64,000 nucleotides of DNA from Bacteroidota bacterium (GTDB taxonomy: Bacteria; Bacteroidota; Ignavibacteria; SZUA-365), in the NCBI GenBank assembly GCA_014860565.1, contig JACZJN010000068.1, positions 23,152 through 87,151 of the forward strand. Direction: 5' to 3'. The notes under the pieces were generated by a model. The model saw only the letters and a list, made by a program, of their open reading frames with translations, made no database searches and had not been told where the DNA came from. Both the position numbers and the translations under genes were made by a program. Shown here one piece after another: positions 19,548 to 29,700 of the stretch. Every line of letters starts with the position of its first letter. Within the stretch, counting starts at the first letter, position 1.

Positions 19548-19633
19548 GTACTCGACGTAAACGTTGACGGATACGAATTTAAAATGTAAGGAATTACGGG
19601 GATTTGTGGTAGGGAAGGAATGCGCCTACGGCG

Positions 19634-19669
19634 ACAACAAAAAGAAAGGCCGCTTCTCCTGCGGCCTTT
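19634..19669 (-). terminator. Rho-independent terminator after the repeat adhesin gene (minus strand)
   Basis: Stem aaaggccgc pairs with gcggccttt around a 7-nt loop (19644-19669). On the minus strand it is followed by CTTTTTGTTGT. Confidence 0.6.
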
Positions 19670-19686
19670 CTTTTCGTCGATGGGGA

Positions 19687-22600
19687 TTACTTCGTGAGGA
19701 GCATTGTTTGCGTGCGAATAGTCTCCCTGCCGTCTCGTGTTCGGCCGACAAGGCGCACCGTGAAGACACCGGATGGGATATCCGACGGGGCGAACCATTG
19801 GATGGAATAGGTTCCGACCGCCAGCATTGATTCGGCAAGCGTTTCCACGAGCGCTCCGAGGGAATTGTAGATGCCAAGCCGGACGCGCATCTCCTCGGGT
19901 ACGGCAAAGGAAATGGTCGTTGCTGGGTTGAACGGGTTGGGATAGTTGGGATAGAGGGTCAATTCCGCTGCGGCGGCATCGTCAAAGCGCTTCATCTGGC
20001 TGCCGAGAATCGACCAGGTTCCAACATGCTGGAAAACAGAACCGGCAGACACCTGGATGTTTGCGCCCGCGGTACCGGGCGTCGTGCTCAAGAAGAGCGT
20101 GCTCCCGCCGCGCAGGTAATAATAATCGTAGGTTGTATTCGATACCGTGACCTTGTCGATACGGGCATAGCCCTTGTTCCCGTGGTTGATATTCGGGAAA
20201 GGACTATCGTCATACCAGAATCGGATTCCGATATCGTTGCCGTTGTCCGCCTTGCGGATATAGACCTTGCAGGAGAATTCGTCCGTCGTCAGGAACGTCT
20301 GATTGTGCAGCGTCAACGGTACGGTAATGCGCTTGCTGCTGTTTTCTGCGTTGCCGGATACCTTCTGCGCCAGCGCGGTCTCCGTACCGATCAGCGTGCT
20401 GTTCTTGTAGAAATCGACCCTGACATCCGCACGCCGGTTGTTGAATGCGTTATCCGTGACTCCGAGGAAGAGGAGCACTGGACCAAGATCGGCGAGCTGC
20501 ACTTTCGTGGTCAACGTCACTTCATCCGAATACATGGTGCAGCCCAGAATCGCTCTCACCCTGTACTGGTCTCCGTTCTGGGCAGCGGTCACGTTTGTGA
20601 TCGTCAGGGCGGTGGAGGTCGCACCGCTGATTTCGTTCCATGCGGTCGTTCCGGACGCCCTGTACTGCCATTGCAGTTCCGGTGATCCCGTCACCACGAC
20701 AGTGAAGGTTGCCGTCGATCCAATCAACACGGTCTGATCCACGGGCTGTGTTACGAACGTCACCGGGTTTTCCACCACAACGATCGCTGAAGCGCTCGCA
20801 CTGTTGCCATTGACATCGGTAACCGTCAGGGTGACCGTGTTCTCACCGACATTCGCACAGGTAAATACGCTCGGCGTGACGATACGTGTATCGATGCCGC
20901 ACGCGTCTGTCGATCCGTTATCCACCTGCGCCGCGGAAATCACGGTAGAACCTGTTGCGTCTAGCTGCACGGTGATATTCTGTGCGACCACGACCGGGGC
21001 GATATTATCCTCCACCGTTACAAGAGCCGTGGTTGTTGCGACATTCCCGTTCGCATCCGTGACGGCAAATGTCACGCTGTTCGTGCCGACATCCGCACAT
21101 CCGAAGCTGCTCGGTGTGACGGTTCGCGCTGCAATGCCGCATGCGTCGCTCGAACCGTCGTCGATTTGTGCCGCGGTGATGTCTGCTGAACCCGTCGCGT
21201 CGAGCTGCACCGTGAGATTGCGGACGAGAGCGATCGGGAGAATGTTGTCCTCCACCGTGACTATCGCCGTCGCAGTGGATGTGTTGCCGTTGACATCGGT
21301 GACCGATAACGTCACCGTGTTCGTCCCGACATCAGCACACGTGAAGCTGCCGGGTGTCACGCTTCGACTGTCAATACCGCATGCATCAGCGGAACCATTG
21401 TCAACCTGCGACGCGGCGATGCTTGCGGCACCCGAGGCATCCAATGCAACGGTCAGGTTCTGTGTGAGGACGGTCGGCGGGACATTATCCTCTACCGTGA
21501 CGACGGCGGTCGCGCTCGAGAAATTCCCGTGCACGTCCGCGACGGTAAGGGTCACGGTGTGCGTTCCGACATCGCCGCAGTCGAAAGTGTTCGGCGACAC
21601 CGTACGCGTATCGATGCCACAGGCGTCAGACGACCCGTTGTCGATGTCCATTGCCATGATCGCAGCGGACCCGGATGCATCAAGCTGTACCGTGATGTCC
21701 TTTGTGACAACGACGGGAGGCGTGTCGTCGATGACAGTGACGTTGAAGGTACAGGAGTATCCTGTCGAAGTACTGAGCTGAACGGCATGTGTGCCGACCT
21801 GGAAACTGCTCAGATCCGGAGGATCGAAGGTAAGTGTTCCGAGCAATGACGCCGCGGCGGGCAGTGTGTACGATACCGTTGCCACACAACTTTGGCCAGA
21901 TGCCGCAACTGAAATGTCTGCTGGACATTCAAATCCTCCGTTGCCGATCGTATACCAGCCGAAGGAGTCGTCATTGATGTCAACGGAATGGGTCATCGAT
22001 GCATCCTGCAGCACGCCGACTGCAAGCCAACTGCTGCCCTGGTCCGTGCTCTTCCAAACCGATACACTCGTAAGATCCAGGCCGTTGTCATCGTCCGGAA
22101 TCCAGGTCAGGCTCAGGAGGCGGCCATTCGTTGGTGGCTGTGTTGAAGCGATTTTCCAGATGCGGCTGATCGAAGTGAACGCGCCGACGATGGTCGTCGC
22201 TGAGACGCCAGAGGAATAATCCGCGGTGACGCTTCCGATATCATCCACACCCGCAGCGATAGTGACGCCGATTCCTCCAAATGTTGTGCTTCCGGTACCA
22301 ACCGTTTGAGCAGTGCTGAGATTACCGACGAGGTAGGTACCACCCTCCTCTCCCGTCACTGTTGCTGTGGGTGTCAGTGTCACGGTATTGCTGCCGCTGT
22401 TGATGACGCCCTCCTCAAACGTCACCGAACCGCTGATTTCAACGCTGTTGGCGAGCAGAAGTTCACCCTCGCCACGTTTAACGATATTCGTGATTTCCGG
22501 AATGCCCGAGAGCGTTGCTGCGGATGTATTCGAAACCACCAATATCGACGAACTGCTCATGGAATAGGTTCCGGAATTCGTCAGACTACCTTGAAGCACG

Positions 22601-22731
22601 ATGGAGACGGGGCCATCCAGTTTCACGGTTGTCCCTGGCATGACCTTCACATTCTGGGCCGTGACAGGTGGACCCGATGCGCAGAGCAGTACCGCCAGCA
22701 GAAGCGGTACGAAAAGATATCTGGTTTTCAT
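19687..22731 (-). CDS. Secreted cell-surface protein with 4-5 tandem Ig/HYR-like repeats and a T9SS C-terminal sorting domain (adhesin-like)
   Basis: Signal peptide MKTRYLFVPLLLAVLLCASGPPVTAQ. A repeated unit of about 93 aa has the form N.TV.LDA.G...I.A...DNGS.DACGI..R.V.P..F.C.DVGT.TVTL.V.DV.GN...A.A.VTVEDN..P. The C-terminus LTLYPNYPNPFNPATTISFAVPEEMRVRLGIYNSLGALVETL... is a type-A T9SS CTD. Confidence 0.75.
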   Translation of the reverse strand: MKTRYLFVPLLLAVLLCASGPPVTAQNVKVMPGTTVKLDGPVSIVLQGSLTNSGTYSMSSSSILVVSNTSAATLSGIPEITNIVKRGEGELLLANSVEISGSVTFEEGVINSGSNTVTLTPTATVTGEEGGTYLVGNLSTAQTVGTGSTTFGGIGVTIAAGVDDIGSVTADYSSGVSATTIVGAFTSISRIWKIASTQPPTNGRLLSLTWIPDDDNGLDLTSVSVWKSTDQGSSWLAVGVLQDASMTHSVDINDDSFGWYTIGNGGFECPADISVAASGQSCVATVSYTLPAAASLLGTLTFDPPDLSSFQVGTHAVQLSTSTGYSCTFNVTVIDDTPPVVVTKDITVQLDASGSAAIMAMDIDNGSSDACGIDTRTVSPNTFDCGDVGTHTVTLTVADVHGNFSSATAVVTVEDNVPPTVLTQNLTVALDASGAASIAASQVDNGSADACGIDSRSVTPGSFTCADVGTNTVTLSVTDVNGNTSTATAIVTVEDNILPIALVRNLTVQLDATGSADITAAQIDDGSSDACGIAARTVTPSSFGCADVGTNSVTFAVTDANGNVATTTALVTVEDNIAPVVVAQNITVQLDATGSTVISAAQVDNGSTDACGIDTRIVTPSVFTCANVGENTVTLTVTDVNGNSASASAIVVVENPVTFVTQPVDQTVLIGSTATFTVVVTGSPELQWQYRASGTTAWNEISGATSTALTITNVTAAQNGDQYRVRAILGCTMYSDEVTLTTKVQLADLGPVLLFLGVTDNAFNNRRADVRVDFYKNSTLIGTETALAQKVSGNAENSSKRITVPLTLHNQTFLTTDEFSCKVYIRKADNGNDIGIRFWYDDSPFPNINHGNKGYARIDKVTVSNTTYDYYYLRGGSTLFLSTTPGTAGANIQVSAGSVFQHVGTWSILGSQMKRFDDAAAAELTLYPNYPNPFNPATTISFAVPEEMRVRLGIYNSLGALVETLAESMLAVGTYSIQWFAPSDIPSGVFTVRLVGRTRDGRETIRTQTMLLTK
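20740..21835. repeat. Tandem coding repeats of about 280 bp (4 full copies plus partial copies) inside the adhesin gene
   Basis: Near-identical protein repeats in the 19687..22731 gene, visible as recurring DNA blocks (gacgcatgcggcattga..., gttgccgttgacatcggtgac...). Coordinates are approximate, derived from residue positions. Confidence 0.55.
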
Positions 22732-22740
22732 CGTCCCCTC

Positions 22741-25700
22741 CTACGGCTGCTGATAACTGACGTTACGTACCTGCTGGTTCTGTCCGTTTATTTTCTCCAC
22801 AGTGGCATGAAGCTGCTGCACGGCGCGCTCGAGCTCGGCGAGTCTGGTGTTGGAGATATCGCTGTTCTCCTTCAGCATCCTGTTTTCCGAACTCAGACGG
22901 CTGCTTTCCGCCTTGAGCGCACGATTCTCCTCGATCAGCTCCTGCACCGCCTTGATCAGCACGATAGACGAGCTATAGGTATCCACCTGCAGCACTTCCT
23001 CGCCATTGAGAAATTCACCGCTCCCCTTCACGTCGTCAGGAAACACCGTACGATATTCCTGCGCGATCACGTTGTAGTACTCGCGGTCCTTGATCGAGGG
23101 ATTGCGCTGCATCCACTCGTTGGTGTAGCGGAAGCGAACCGGACGGAGCCTCATGACGGTCTCGCAGCCATTCTCCACATCCTCGATTCGCGTCTTGATG
23201 CGGCGGTCGGAATTTGCCGCCCACCCGCTCGCAGTGGTCTTGGACGCATCACCCTCGACTTCGAGCGCGTTCGCCGAGGCGACACGGTTGATGCCGACAC
23301 GGTCGTTTGCGAAGTCGCCCCAGATCAACGGTGTTGCAGTACTGCTGTTATCAATAAAGAGTTTGTTGTCGCTATTGCTGCTCGATCCCGCGGAGTATCC
23401 GAGGTACACGTTGCCTGAACCACGGGATGAATAGCCCGCATTATAGCCATACGCGGTGTTGTTGTTTCCCGTCTCGTTCCAAAACAACGCGCGGCTTCCG
23501 CCTGCCGTGTTGTATGAGCCTGATGTATTCTTGCGCAGTCCCTCGGTCCCGGCGACTGCATTCCATGCTCCTGTTGTATTATCCGCCATTCCATAACTCC
23601 CACAGACGCTATTCCATCCGCCGGAGGTAACTGCAGCCAGAGCTCCACTGCCAACGCCGGTATTCTGCAGTCCTGTCTGTGACAGATTTCCTGCCAAATG
23701 TCCGAGAAAAGCATTGTAGGAGCCTGCGGAATGCATGAATGGATCGGTCCCCAGGTAGAGAATTCCGGAGGTCGCGGTTGTACTCGGGAGTCGCATGTTT
23801 CCTGTAAGATGGAGTTGTTCACTTGGCGAACTCACTCCGATACCGAGCCTGCCATTTGTGTTGTCCCACACCAAGCTGGGGCTGCTTGTCTGGCTCGTCG
23901 TTCCATTCCAGATCGCAACTCTCGACGCCGCGCCCGTACCGCTGATGCCCGCGCTGGGGGAAGTCCAACTTGCCAAACCTTCTGCATCGGAAGTAAGGAC
24001 CTTTCCTGCGCCTGGTGATCCACCGGTAATCTTCACCTGTCCGGCGACCTCGAGTTTCGCACCAGGTATTGCTGCTCCCGTTCCGATTCCCAATTTGCCA
24101 TTGATGGCAACGATATCCGATCCAAAATCCCCCCAGATCAACGGCGTTGTGGTGGGGCTGTTGTCGATGAACAGCTTATTGTCCGCGGTATTGTCGTATC
24201 CGGCGGAATGACCAAGGTAGACATTCCCGGATCCCGTTGAATTTTTTCCAGCCTCATACCCGAGGACGGTATTGTTGTTGCCGGAGACGTTTGCGAACAT
24301 GGCCCACATCCCGCTGACGGTGTTTGACGAACCCGTCGTGTTGCTGACCAGTGCGCCGTACCCACTGACAGTATTCTGCTGCCCGGTAGTGTTCGCATTC
24401 ATGGCAAAAGCACCCGAAGCGGTATTCCGGATTCCAGTGGTTGTCACACCGAGCGCATTCAGTCCAACGGCCGTGTTGTACCAGGCTGTGGTATTGGAAG
24501 AAAGTGCATTATTCCCGACGGCGGTATTTGAATTCCCAGTGGAGTTATTGGTAAGGGCTCTATAACCAAGAGCGGTGTTCTGATACCCCGTCGTATTGCT
24601 GCTCATGGCGCTGGAACCGACACCGACATTGTGCCCCATATCAGTCGTTGTGAAATTACCGGCTCCCGCACCCAGGAATACGTTGTCGGTTCCATAGGAA
24701 TGCAGGAAACGATCACTGCCGCGATAGAGCACCCCGGCGGTTGCTGTTGTCGCGGCCATCCGCAGGTTTCCGGTTAGTTCGAGTTGCTGGGTTGGGGTGC
24801 TTGTCCCGATACCGACTTTGGCATCATTGGTGATGAAGAACCCATCCGTATAATCCGTCGTCGTGAAAAGTCTGTAGCCGCCGGTGAAACGCATCGACAT
24901 TTGATTCGGAGCGGACGAATTCATAAGTGAATAGCTCTTATCTCCGAATGCAAATGCGCCATCCTGGCTATTGGTCGATGCATTCATTCCCAGAGCAACA
25001 GATTGATTACCACTCGCGGTGACCGCAGAACCAATCGCCGTCGCATGCTCACCGCTTGCGACTGTTGTTGTTCCCATCGCCGTCGCCGCGGGACCACTCG
25101 CGGTCGTATTATAGCCAAATGCGGTCGACGCCGTGCTGCTCGCGATCGTATTGTATCCTGCTGCAGTGGAATTCGGGCCAATACTGCCGTAATCCCATTG
25201 AGTTCCGTTCACGCTTCCAGCACGAAACGCGGATCTCCCGGGGAACCACATCATTCTCGTCCCGGAACCTGTCGCGGGGATGGTACCTGAGTTGTAGCTT
25301 CCAAGCGCCACGAATCCATCAACCCCATCGATTGTAACAGCTCCCGCATCCGCGGTAATCGTTCTACCTAGACCTGCACCCCCAAAATCATAGGATGCAT
25401 CAAGAGTCGAACCGTTCGCAGGCGGTGTTGTCCAGCTTGCAAGCCCATCCGCGTCCGAGGTCAGAATCTTTCCGGCACCAGGGGACCCTCCGGTGATTTT
25501 CACCTGACCGGCGATTTCGAGCTTGGCGGTAGGAGCTTGGATCCCGAGTCCGACATTCCCATCGCTCGTGAGAAACAGACCATCCATGAGATCCGATGCG
25601 GAAAACAGCCTTACACCACCGTCGAATCGCATGGTTAACTGATTATCTGCTGTCGCTGTGAGGTAATCGTAAGTGCTTTTATCACTGACAACGAATGACC

Positions 25701-26508
25701 CGGTTTTGTCATTTGTCGAAGCCCGCCAGCCCATCGCGATGGAGTACGCTCCGCTCGCGGTTGACACGGAACCGAAAACGAGCGCGTTTTCGCCACTTGC
25801 GGTCGACGTGTTCCCAAACGCCATCGCAAAATCCCCACTCGCGGTGGTATTGACGCCGAGCGCGGTCGCATGTGGCCCGGTCGCTTGCGTTGCATACCCC
25901 GCTGCCAGCGAATGTGTACCACTCGCCTTTGGATTGAACCCGAGCGCAACAGACCCCGCGCCGATATTGCTATCATCCCACTGTGTTCCATCGACGGTTC
26001 CACTGCGGAATGCCGCCTTGGCGGGGTACCACATCATCCTCGTTCCTGCCCCGGACACGGGGATGTTTCCAGACCATAATGTCCCTGTCGCGACAAATCC
26101 CGCGTTATCTTCCACGTGGAGAGCCGCCGTTGGTGAGGATGTCCCGATCCCGACCTTCCCGGCATTGTAATAGATATCCGAACCGTTCATCATCCATTGC
26201 GAACTGAGGTACACCCAGTTCGGCGTCAACGGACTTCCCACATTATAATAAAACCCTTCGATGCCATCCGTCTGATACACGACCAAGCTATGCGCGGGGG
26301 ACGTGATTGCCGCGCGTTCGGTCGCAGTCATCCGCGGAAACAACACACCTTTCGTTGTTGAACCGACGTCCAGCATCGCGGATGCATCTGGATCTGCACT
26401 CGTGGCATTGATTGCCAGTCCCTGCGCACGCAGGACGGGTGCACTCCACAGTAACAGCAACGAAACTGCCATCACCACGGCGAGCCACACTTTGTTTCGA
26501 CGTTCCAT
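22741..26508 (-). CDS. Large secreted fibre/adhesin-like protein with repetitive beta-structure modules and a C-terminal intramolecular chaperone auto-processing domain (peptidase S74, phage tail-fibre type)
   Basis: Signal peptide MERRNKVWLAVVMAVSLLLLWSAPVLRAQ, with AGGAGA Shine-Dalgarno. The C-terminus SDRRIKTRIEDVENGCETVMRLRPVRFRYTNEW... carries the Ser/Lys dyad context of S74 domains, followed by a coiled-coil tail. Large internal duplications are present (for example LEIAGQVKITGGSPGAGKILTSDADGLASWTTP versus LEVAGQVKITGGSPGAGKVLTSDAEGLASWTSP, and repeated G.IP..G.GTRMMW.P...FR.G modules). Confidence 0.7.
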   Translation of the reverse strand: MERRNKVWLAVVMAVSLLLLWSAPVLRAQGLAINATSADPDASAMLDVGSTTKGVLFPRMTATERAAITSPAHSLVVYQTDGIEGFYYNVGSPLTPNWVYLSSQWMMNGSDIYYNAGKVGIGTSSPTAALHVEDNAGFVATGTLWSGNIPVSGAGTRMMWYPAKAAFRSGTVDGTQWDDSNIGAGSVALGFNPKASGTHSLAAGYATQATGPHATALGVNTTASGDFAMAFGNTSTASGENALVFGSVSTASGAYSIAMGWRASTNDKTGSFVVSDKSTYDYLTATADNQLTMRFDGGVRLFSASDLMDGLFLTSDGNVGLGIQAPTAKLEIAGQVKITGGSPGAGKILTSDADGLASWTTPPANGSTLDASYDFGGAGLGRTITADAGAVTIDGVDGFVALGSYNSGTIPATGSGTRMMWFPGRSAFRAGSVNGTQWDYGSIGPNSTAAGYNTIASSTASTAFGYNTTASGPAATAMGTTTVASGEHATAIGSAVTASGNQSVALGMNASTNSQDGAFAFGDKSYSLMNSSAPNQMSMRFTGGYRLFTTTDYTDGFFITNDAKVGIGTSTPTQQLELTGNLRMAATTATAGVLYRGSDRFLHSYGTDNVFLGAGAGNFTTTDMGHNVGVGSSAMSSNTTGYQNTALGYRALTNNSTGNSNTAVGNNALSSNTTAWYNTAVGLNALGVTTTGIRNTASGAFAMNANTTGQQNTVSGYGALVSNTTGSSNTVSGMWAMFANVSGNNNTVLGYEAGKNSTGSGNVYLGHSAGYDNTADNKLFIDNSPTTTPLIWGDFGSDIVAINGKLGIGTGAAIPGAKLEVAGQVKITGGSPGAGKVLTSDAEGLASWTSPSAGISGTGAASRVAIWNGTTSQTSSPSLVWDNTNGRLGIGVSSPSEQLHLTGNMRLPSTTATSGILYLGTDPFMHSAGSYNAFLGHLAGNLSQTGLQNTGVGSGALAAVTSGGWNSVCGSYGMADNTTGAWNAVAGTEGLRKNTSGSYNTAGGSRALFWNETGNNNTAYGYNAGYSSRGSGNVYLGYSAGSSSNSDNKLFIDNSSTATPLIWGDFANDRVGINRVASANALEVEGDASKTTASGWAANSDRRIKTRIEDVENGCETVMRLRPVRFRYTNEWMQRNPSIKDREYYNVIAQEYRTVFPDDVKGSGEFLNGEEVLQVDTYSSSIVLIKAVQELIEENRALKAESSRLSSENRMLKENSDISNTRLAELERAVQQLHATVEKINGQNQQVRNVSYQQP

Positions 26509-26789
26509 AATCTTTCTCCTCTCAAGGTGAAATGATACCCCAGGGCGATTTCTCGGGAAACACCCCTGCGACGGTTTTGAAGTGACCCACGCAATTACGT
26601 GTTTTCAGCGCTGGATATCTTCCATCCCTGTTGCAAAGCTGTGTCCGTGCGTTTCACGGACCGATTCTTTCCGAAAACCATCGGGGTATCACACGTGATG
26701 ATGTGTATCAAGAGAAGATACGGGGGAGGAAGCCGCTCACAGCAGAAGCTTCGAAAGTAAGCGGTGGAAAACGACGGAATGGGATTGTA

Positions 26790-29700
26790 TCAGCCTGCAG
26801 GCTGGCTCTTCCCGATCACTTCCGACGGCGAGCAGCCGAACTCCTCCCGGAAGCAGCGGCTGAAATGGGCTTGCGTCTTGAATCCCACGGCGTAGGCGAT
26901 TTCGGCGACGTTGCCCGCTCGGGCTTCGAGCATTTCCCTGCCGTGCTGGAGACGGATGCTGCGGATGAAGCTGCTGGTGGAATGGTCTGTCAAAGCGGTC
27001 AGTTTGCGGTGAAGCTGTGCCCGGCTCAGGCCCATTTCCGCACTGAGTTGGTCAACACTAAAGTTATCGTCGTCGAGATGGGTCTCGACCGCGGCGACGG
27101 CTTTCAGAAGAAAAACCTCTTCGGTGGACAGCCGTTCCTTCTTCGCCAGCTGCAAAAATCCTCCTTTCAGGGTGAATTTCTGCTTCATCCTCTCACGCAG
27201 TTCGACGAGGTTTCGCACGCGAATCATGAGTTCGCGCATATCCACGGGCTTGACAAGGTACGCATCGGCCCGGGCCTCAAGTCCCTCGAGGCGGCTGCCC
27301 CCGGAGGCGCGCGCAGTAAGCAGAATGATCGGAATGTGGCTGGTCGCCTGATGTTGCTTGAGTCTCTGGCACATGGTATTGCCGTCCATTCGTGGCATCA
27401 TCACATCGCTGATAATAATGTCAGGGACCTCATGCACGGCGGTATCCAATCCCTCTTGTCCGTCTCCCGCTTCGCATATGCGATACTGCGACTGAAGATG
27501 CTCCGCCAAAAGGCCACGGATTTCACTGTTATCCTCCACGAGGAGCACGAGGGGCAGCGTTGTGTCCGAAGCTGCCGGGCGCTTTGATTCACACGATTCC
27601 TCTACCTCGTGATCGGGATGGACGAATGATGAACGACTTTCTTCGCTCGTCCCGAATTCCTCCTCATTGAAAACGGATGCATTCGTCGGTAAGACAACAA
27701 CGAAGCGACTCCCCTCACCTACGCGGCTTTCGACACGGACCTCGCCGTGATGCAGCGCGGTCAACTCTTGCACGAGCGCGAGGCCGATTCCCGAGCCGAG
27801 TCTGTTCTGTTCGTGCTCCGCGAGACGGAAAAAACGGTCGAAAATATGTTCGATATGCTCCGCCGCGATCCCCGGTCCGGTATCTTCCACAGTGATTGCG
27901 ATCGCTTCCGCCAAATGGGGAGCGCGTCCACTACCATTGTCGACGCAAACGGTAATTGCCCCACCCGACGGTGTGTATTTCAGTGCATTGGTGAGGAGAT
28001 TCCCGAGGATTTTTTCCAGAACCTCATGGTCGAATAGCCCAATGCGCTTCGGATCTTCGGTAACGATGGTAAGGGAAATCTGCCGGCGTTCAGCGGCGGA
28101 TTGGAACACTGCGACAAAACCGCGCAGGAATGCGACGATATCACCTTCCGCGACACGAATACGGAATTTCTGCGCATCGATTTTCGAAAGGTCCAGAATC
28201 TGGTTGATGAGCTGTAGAAGTCGACCAGCGCTCCGCTGTACCAGACGCAGTTTTCTCCTCGTGTAGTCATCGCTGTTTCGCGCCAGTAGTTGCTCGACAG
28301 GCGCCTGAATCAAAGTGAGCGGCGTTCGGAATTCATGCGAGATACTCGAAAAGAAGCTGCTTTTCATGGCATCGAGTTGCTCGAGCTGCGACTCATGCAG
28401 CGTGTGGATCTCGAGATCATGGTGCAGCTGAAGCTGGCGAAGACGCTGACGCCAGATTCCGTAAACCGCAAGCACAGGAATGAGCACGAAGAGCAGGTAC
28501 GCCCACCAGGTCCTGTACCAGGGTGGAAGGATGGAGAAAACCAGGCTGGTCTCGGCATGAACACCCTCGTTCCCATTCACGCCGCGCACCCGGAATGTAT
28601 ATTTGCCCGGAGGCAGATGGGAGTAATTCGCCGCCGTCCGCTCCCCAGCTTCGATCCAATCCTCGTCATACCCATCCAGGTGATACTCGTACCAGGTATT
28701 CCACGGAGTGCGATGGTCAAGCAGGGCGAACTGCAACGTGAGGGCGTTCTCATCAGGTTCAAGTATCGGATGTGTACCAGAGGAGAACAGCGAATCGATC
28801 GCGACTCTCCGTCCCGTCGCAAACATCGCACTTATCACCATGCGAGAAGATGGCGACGGCCCCGAGCGGTGGGGTCGGAATTCCGTCAGGCCCGCGTTCG
28901 AGCCTATCATCATATGTCCATCAGGCACGCGGATCATCTTCGCCTCCGAGAGATCGCGCACCGGGAGTCCGTCTGCGTGTGTATACGAATGGACCTCATC
29001 ATGTTCCGGATCATAGCTCAGGAGACCGAGATCCGAAGTAATCCATAACAATCCCTGCGGACCTTCCAACACGTCCCCGAAAGCCCTCGCATTGCGCATC
29101 CGTGCGTTGCTTACGCGGAGGTCCAACTTCCCGACTGCAGGATCGAACCTGAAAATGCCTTTATTATTCACGATCCAGTGTCGGAACTTGCAGTCCTGAT
29201 AGATGATATCCCGTGAATTCCGGTTGTTGATGCTATCTCCAATGACGTACGTGAATCTGTCCCGCGTTTCGTCGAATTTGAATAACCCACCCCACGCGCG
29301 CATCCACAGCGTGCCTCTCTTGTCACGGTACAGACTCCCACGTTCCATTGTGTAGCCCCGATCCAGATACACTTTCGGGGCTCCGCCGTCCGGTTGTAGA
29401 CGACGTACGGAGGTATAGTAGTTCGTGAAGACCCACAAGCGACCTTCCTTGTCTTCCTCCATATCCGTTGCCCAGGTGTCGCTCATTCTCACCGGATCGT
29501 AGTGGTACAAGCCGGTTCGGAGATCGACTGCCGCGACATTCGCATCGGCGGATCCGATCCAGAGTACGTTATTATGATCCTCGATCAAACGGACGACCAA
29601 TGGATGCTTCCGAAACGATCGAATTTTATCGGAATGTGGATGTTTTGTGAAGAATTTCGCTTCAAGGTCAAAGGTGCCGAATCCCATATGGTAAGCTACC

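Noticed and set aside
26791-26804. Perfect 14-bp palindrome cagcctgcaggctg
   Set aside because: It lies inside the last codons (SQPAG) of the first hybrid regulator gene. It is most likely a coding coincidence rather than a regulatory site or terminator.
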